From NCBI GenBank assembly GCA_000004985.1, contig GG738845.1: 64,000 nucleotides of DNA; one strand, written 5' to 3'. Both the position numbers and the translations under genes were made by a program. A model generated the notes under the pieces. It had not been told where the DNA came from, ran no database searches, and saw only the letters and a list, made by a program, of their open reading frames with translations. The stretch is from Naegleria gruberi. Taxonomy: Eukaryota. Shown piece after piece: positions 58,391 through 64,000 of the stretch (its first letter is position 1; each line of letters opens with the position of its first letter).

Positions 58391-61300
58391 CTAATGCACT
58401 TCTTCTGCTGTTTCATCTGAAAATCCTAGTAATTTTTCTGCAAACTCAACTGAGGTAAATCGCTCTTCCAAAGAAGCAACCGTCACAGTGTCTTTGAGTA
58501 ATTTACAGAGGCAATCATTGAGTTCATTTTCACTCATTCTTTCGCCCATCGTTTTAAGTTTTTGGAACAAATCAGTTTTGTTGATGAAACCAGTGATTGG
58601 TTCACTGCCTAGCTTGATAAATGCTTCCTCAATATCCTTTCTCTGAATTCCAAATACTGGTCTGTGATTTACATAAATTTTCACAAATGCATTGAAATCG
58701 ATGAAAATTTCGGGTTCCTTCTTTGATTTTTTCTCAAGGTTGGAAGAACTGTTCTCAGCTGGGTCCCCAACACCCTTAATGACTCTCAATTCATAAATCA
58801 TATTTTGAATTTCCCATTGGGTTGCATAAAATCCTAAAGAACGAACTAGATCTGGCATTTGATTAATTGGTACACTGCCTGTGATTTTTCTTTCACTGGT
58901 AGTAATCTCGCCTTGACTTCTAATCTGGGCATAGTAGAAATATTGTTGAACCTCTTGGAAAAATTCACCTTCTTCTCCTCCTTCAATCAAACTCACATAT
59001 GGTGCAATACCCTCATCAACTTGCCTGTTTCTATCGAGTGGCGTACCAATAATCTTCCATTGGTTGACCATACAATCCGATCCTCCAGCAGTGAACAAGT
59101 ATTTACCATCTGGAGACACAACTGAGGCTGTGATTTCTCCAGCATGAGCAACCAACCCCATATGATGCTTTGGATTGCCATCTAAAGGTAATGCAATTAA
59201 TCCAATTACTTTTTCATGTGTAGAGTAGCACATGTATTTTGGTGGTCGAAGTTCTGGCAACAAGGAAGAGGATTCCTTAACATAATTTGGAACTATCATT
59301 AGTCTATTGAGAGGTCCTCCATATGTTGGGCTGAGAATTGTTCTATTACACCTGGTGTCTCTGTGGCCATAAGGTGTTATGAAGGAAGTTATCTTGTATT
59401 GGTCATTGGCAAATAGAATACCATCGAAATACTTCTTCTCATTTGGATAAGTTTCAATTACGTTTTCATCTCTTGACCATAAAAATGCTGTTGGAACTGC
59501 ATCTTGACTGATTCTGTGGATTGTTTTGACTTTAATGCCTCCTTGAATTGAGCTGCTTTCTAAATCGTACTCAATCAGTCTTCTGTCTTCTGACACCGAC
59601 ATTAATCTAGGAATGTCACCATATGGTTCAATTCCAAACTCCAATCCTGTAATTGCTCTCTTATGAGATTTATATCTACCCAAATACATCCATTCATCCT
59701 TTCCCATACCTTTCTTTTGTGGATTTGGCATGAACTTGAAAATACCAACACAGCTGATTGTTTGATTATCAAAGAATATTGTTAGATAAATGACTTACTA
59801 ATCAGTATCATAAAATGCTAAAAACAAGGAATCGTGAGAAAATTTTAGGGATTGGATACATGCTTTGGATGGTCTATAACCAAAATGAACTATTTCAGTA
59901 AAAAGTACTGCATCGAAAAATTTTACATAACCATTCGAACATCCAACAGCCAAATATTCACCTCTATTGTCAAATGCCAAACTTGAAATATATAATCCTT
60001 TTAGAACCAGAACTTTAAGAACCTCCTTCAGTTGATAATCCCAAATGTGTACATAGCCTGAAAGGCCAGATATTGCAATGTATGGTTTTGTTGGATGCAC
60101 AGCTAATGTTTGAATTGATTCATTTTGACTAGTAACAATAATTCGACCCTTCATACCATCAACATCATAATCGTGAAAGGAAGATGATTTAGCCTTTGCA
60201 ATAAAACCAGACTTGGTTTGAATCATAAAGTCTGGACTGTAGAAATCCCTCTTGATAGGACCATCCGTTGATTCAATAGTGCTCTTTTCCTTTGTTGCTT
60301 TATCAAACGAAATGGAAATGATAGATCCAAGATTAAAGTCCTCAAACCATGCCTCTAATCGCAGTTTGTGATCTAAAAATTTAACAAATCCATCACTGCC
60401 TCCACTTACAATGAAAGGTCCAGAACATGTAATGTAGTTAACACTGTACCCTGTATGAATTCTATCGATCCTTAATAAGAAAATGTTATTAATTACTTAC
60501 TTGACCACTTTCATTGCTTCCTTTTCAATTTCCTTTGCTTCTCTGTCTGGGAAAATCTTCCTCTCCCAAAGAACAATTTCACCATCAGAAGTTCCTGAGG
60601 CTGCCATAGTTGTATTATCTACAAAAGTTGTTTGAATAAATTCACTTGATGCCTGCCTAAAGTCGCTTTTTGCTGTGCTAGGACAAAAATATTCTAAGGA
60701 ATTGTTGTCTTCATGATTTTCCCAAAACACAACAGATTTTGGACCGCTAGTCAAAAAAATTGTTGGATTGGCAAAATGGCAAGTTAGAGAAGTCTGAAGC
60801 TCATTATTAGGGACCAAGGAGGAAACTTTGGCACCTTCTAAATCTTCAGTCCATTCCCAAACTGAAACCTGTTGCTCCCCTTCCTCATTAGGTCTACTAA
60901 CGCTGTAAATTAACATAGAGTCGCAAGAAATGTCCACTGACTCAATTCCAACCGGATGAGGGTCAAAAATTGTTTTGACTGGAATACCCTTATAACTATC
61001 CCAAATGACAATCATATTTTCCTTTCCACTATCTGCAGTTACAATCCATTTCTTGTCCCTACTGACTGCACAGCATGTTATCATGTTTGTCTATTTTTAA
61101 TTGAATAATAATTTTACATTCATTTTCAATCAATTCGTATTCCTTACAAAAACTTACATGACCTTGAAGTAATATTTGTTCCTTTGACTCGTATCTGAAA
61201 ATTATTCCAACATTTCCTGCAACATAAAATACCTCCTTTCTGTAATCGTCACATAAATTGTGCATGCCTCCCAAAATGTCCTTATTCATTCCAAAAATCC

Positions 61301-61771
61301 ATTTCAAATCGAGAGTGGAATCCTCATCTACATTCTCTGATTGATCATAAAAGCTATCCTCTCCTTCATTGTCCTCATTATTTCTTCGAATATCTCGATT
61401 ATCATATTCATCTCCAGCATCTGAATGTTCATCCATCTCAACCTTTGATTCATCATTTTCATTTACTTCGTGTTCCTGAACGTGGTGATGTAGATTTTCT
61501 TCATCATTTTCCTCACCGTCATTTTCTGGATCTTCCTCTTCATGAACCTCCTGATTATCCTCCTCTTCTCCATATTGTTGATTTTCTTCATCATCAGCCT
61601 CTTCTCCTTCTTGGTTCTCATCTTCCTCAATCAAAGGAGTTCCATGATCCCTATTTTCATTCTCATTTTCCTCTGTCATTTCCTCCTCTGCGGAATTGTC
61701 CACCATCAAAGTTTCTTCTGGATCTTCGTTGGCTGAAATATGTGTATCCTCATCTGTTGTTGGTTCCATTT
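58391..61771 (-). CDS. WD40-repeat ciliary protein, CFAP251/WDR66-like. Four exons, about 61771..61158, 61090..60498, 60467..59801 and 59755..58391
   Basis: Glu/Asp-rich N-terminus. Multiple WD repeats lie across ORFs 61059.., 60497.., 59798.. and 58391... Introns are 67 nt (GTAAGT...AAAATAG, phase 0), 30 nt (GTAAGTAATTAATAACATTTTCTTATTAAG, phase 2) and 45 nt (GTAAGTCATT...AATCAG, phase 2). The C-terminus is EF-hand-like (FIKLGSEPITGFINKTDLFQKL). Total is about 1080 aa, similar to WDR66. A TTTTGGCGCCACAA element sits about 30 bp upstream of the ATG. Confidence 0.5.
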
Positions 61772-61796
61772 TTTTTAAATTGTAGTCTACAACCAA

Positions 61797-61811
61797 CTTT
61801 TGGCGCCACAA
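61797..61811. promoter_or_regulatory. E2F-like element TTTTGGCGCCACAA upstream of the CFAP251-like gene
   Basis: About 30 bp upstream of the minus-strand ATG at about 61771. Half-palindromic. Confidence 0.4.
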
Positions 61812-62232
61812 TCCAAAAAACACCTTACCCGATAAAAATTCTCTCCAATTTTAAAGTAATTATTGTCAGATGAACTCCTTGTCATCATTATAACAAGTTA
61901 CAATTAATGATAAGTTGAGGTTGAATTTAGGAAGGAACATTTAGTAACATCACCATCGATGAAGGTTTCTATTGGAGATTGGTACGTTAGAGAGGAGTTT
62001 CTCAGTCAACGACAAGACAATTTAAAAAAATATCATCAAACCGCTACTACCTCTGCGAGTTTCATAGTGAAAAATCGTCTCAGGATTGGCATTGATTATT
62101 TTCTTCTTCATCATTTAACCCATCCCTCCTCCTTTCGAAATAGTAAATTGGTCGTCATTGAATCGTCGCCTATTATTATATTCCTCTATTCAACTGTAAA
62201 AAATCTAAAATTAAATTAACCACTATTATAAA

Positions 62233-63071
62233 ATGTCTAGCGACAGTGTAAATCCTAATGCCAAGTCGGTTCCTTTCAAACTCGTTTTACTTGGGGAAAG
62301 TTCTGTTGGTACGTTAGTAGTTATTTTTCATAAGTATTTAGTGATCATCATTTGTGGTAAACAGGTAAATCATCCCTCGTTCTCAGATTTGTAAGAGGAC
62401 AATTCTTTGAATATCAAGAAAGTACGATTGGTGCTGCTTTTTTGACTCAAACAGTCCCTTTGGGCGACACTATTGTCAAGTTCGAAATTTGGGATACGTA
62501 GGTTTAAATTACGAATTTTTAATAGTAATAATCCATCTTATTACCATCATGATTATAATACTTGAAATCTGCATCATATATTAATTTTACAACAACAACA
62601 ACTATTCTCGAAACTGAACAATTATTTGGATCAATTAGTGCCGGACAAGAACGTTACAAATCTTTAGCACCAATGTACTATAGAGGAGCTGCTGCAGCAA
62701 TTGTTGTGTACGATATAACTAGTGCTGATTCTTTCCAACGTGCTAAGAATTGGGTTAAAGAACTTCAAAGACAAGGAACAACAAATATTGTGATTGCTCT
62801 TGCTGGTAACAAAGTAGATCTTGAAGATAAACGTCAAGTGGAATCAGCAGAAGCTAAATCTTATGCCGAAGATAATGGATTATTATTTATGGAAACATCT
62901 GCGAAGGCAGCCACTAATGTTAATGAACTCTTTGTAGCCATTGCACGTAAATTACCTTCAAAGGAAACTGATAATAATAATAATGTAAATTCAGATCTTA
63001 CTCCAGCCATCATTCCTAAACCAGGCGACCAACCACCAGAACGAAAACAAAAAGGAGGATGTTGTAATTAA
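62233..63071 (+). CDS. RAB5: Rab5-family small GTPase. Three exons, about 62233..62308, 62365..62497 and 62639..63071
   Basis: Exon 1 reads [32 protein letters not shown] intron (phase 1) leads to [46 protein letters not shown] 141-nt intron (GTAGGT...CAATTAG, phase 2) leads to [46 protein letters not shown]...GNKVDL...ETSAK...GGCCN. All G1-G5 boxes and a C-terminal CC prenylation motif are present. Confidence 0.85.
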
Positions 63072-63193
63072 ATCATTAATTGGAATTCGAGAATCTAATA
63101 ATAATATATTTATTGTAAAAACTGTTTGTACAATTAAAATAACAATTTTTTATTTGAATGTTGTTGACATTCTTAATAACTTAATGTGGTAGC

Positions 63194-63960
63194 TTAGAGG
63201 TTTAACTTGGAGAGTTCCATCAAGTAAGGACCAAGAACTGGAACTGGAGGAGGAGAACCTGGGAAAACATAAGGAGTATTAACCAAAATCCAGTGATAGA
63301 AGAAGAAAATAAAGAAGAAAATGTGAATGACACAGAAACCTTCGAGAACATGTTGCATGAATGGTTTGTTAGAAACATAATCTCTACAGAAAACATTTGG
63401 AGTTTCATACCACAATCTACCAATGATAACAATTGGGAAAGTGACATAGAGTGAGTAGGCAACCAAAAATTGGAACTTGTTAACAGCTGTTCATTCATTG
63501 TGTAAATAAAATAATCATATGGGAAAAATCACTTACATTCATAACCTTCACCACCATACATTCCGATACCAATACAGACAACTAAACTATACAATAAAGA
63601 GGTGGCATGAACAATTCCGAGAGTTCTAAATGATCTCCATCCAAAAGTGAAAGCCAATGCCATAGCAGCATTACCAAAAGTCATAAAAACAACATTAATC
63701 CATTCCATGATTTGCCAAAAGTGTGGATTGGTGATCATGACTGGGTCAATTTGTTCACCCCAAATTCTAAAAGCAGTTTTAGTGAATTGTGCAGGTGGCC
63801 AATCCAATGGTCTCTTAATATCCTTATCAATTAAATCTCGGACTGTAACACCAAGAGCAGGAGCCAAAACATTGTGATAATCAAAGAAAGCTGTAGAAGC
63901 AATAAAGGTCAAATAAAAAGCAATGATAATAATATCGAAAGGTCTCTTCCAGACAGACAC
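63194..63960 (-). CDS. Multi-pass membrane protein, possibly EXPERA/TMEM97-like. Two exons, about 63960..63530 and 63478..63194
   Basis: Several hydrophobic helices. A GTAAGT donor after ...GMYGGEGYE and a GAACAG acceptor (phase 1) join to SVNKFQFLVAYSLYVTFPIVIIG.... The family assignment is weak. Confidence 0.35.
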
Positions 63961-64000
63961 AGATGGGAAGGACTCGGCTATTTGTGAAGAAGTAACTTTT

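Noticed and set aside
61959-62219. 86-aa ORF in the divergent promoter region between the CFAP251-like gene and Rab5
   Set aside because: No conserved features. It sits where Rab5 exon 1 (62233..62308) and its promoter lie, and is likely non-coding.
1-64000. Prokaryotic interpretations (operons, defence islands, CRISPR arrays, mobile elements)
   Set aside because: The window carries spliceosomal introns, eukaryote-specific genes (nucleoporin, APC3, AP-4, Rab5, BEACH) and monocistronic divergent and convergent gene pairs. The only DNA-level repeat array is the coding minisatellite in the secreted lysine-rich gene. It is not a CRISPR array, because the units are imperfect, in-frame coding repeats without unique spacers.

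Overview
This window is eukaryotic nuclear DNA, not prokaryotic. It is AT-rich (roughly 62-65% A+T) and very gene-dense, with about 33 protein-coding genes on both strands, roughly one per 1.9 kb. Intergenic spacers are often under 350 bp. Several ORF-track ORFs are exons of the same gene, joined by short spliceosomal introns of about 23-175 nt. Donors are mostly GTAAGT, GTATGT or GTAGGT, acceptors are YAG, and one intron appears to be GC-AG. The genetic code is standard, since a 3263-codon ORF has no in-frame TAA or TAG. Codon usage is yeast-like (AGA, GGT, AAG, TTG), so ciliates with reassigned stop codons are excluded. The gene content is mostly conserved housekeeping and trafficking genes, with no recognisable identity for about 10 ORFs (called hypothetical) and several further calls low-confidence (GNAT, COX16-like, BBOF1-like). 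Better-supported calls are a DDX54/Dbp10 helicase, ERGIC3/Erv46, a UTP18-like WD40 protein, an actin-related protein, a mitochondrial-type aspartate aminotransferase, the AP-4 sigma subunit, an SRPK kinase, a CrtI/PYROXD2-like oxidoreductase, Nup35/Nup53, a GH25 lysozyme, a giant BEACH-domain protein, an MKP-type phosphatase, a U2AF65-like factor, CDC27/APC3 and Rab5. Cilium-associated genes are also present (CFAP251/WDR66-like and an ARM-repeat protein). These point to a flagellated or ciliated, bacterivorous, mitochondriate protist such as an amoeboflagellate. This is inference, not proof. I saw no rRNA, tRNA, transposon or CRISPR features by eye. The most notable points are: (i) a perfect palindrome TTTGGCGCCAAA, identical to the overlapping E2F site, occurring 30-370 bp upstream of four genes including CDC27; (ii) a secreted mucin-like lysine-rich tandem-repeat protein with a repeated 4-Cys module, whose reading frame is broken by a +5 nt repeat variant so that two ORF-track ORFs are one gene; (iii) several small multi-exon genes invisible to the ORF track (AP-4 sigma, a 2-exon 120-aa protein, Rab5 5' exons). 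My base counting in homopolymer runs disagrees with the ORF track by 1 nt in places, so intron boundaries are accurate to about +/-2 nt. ORF-track boundaries are used wherever possible.
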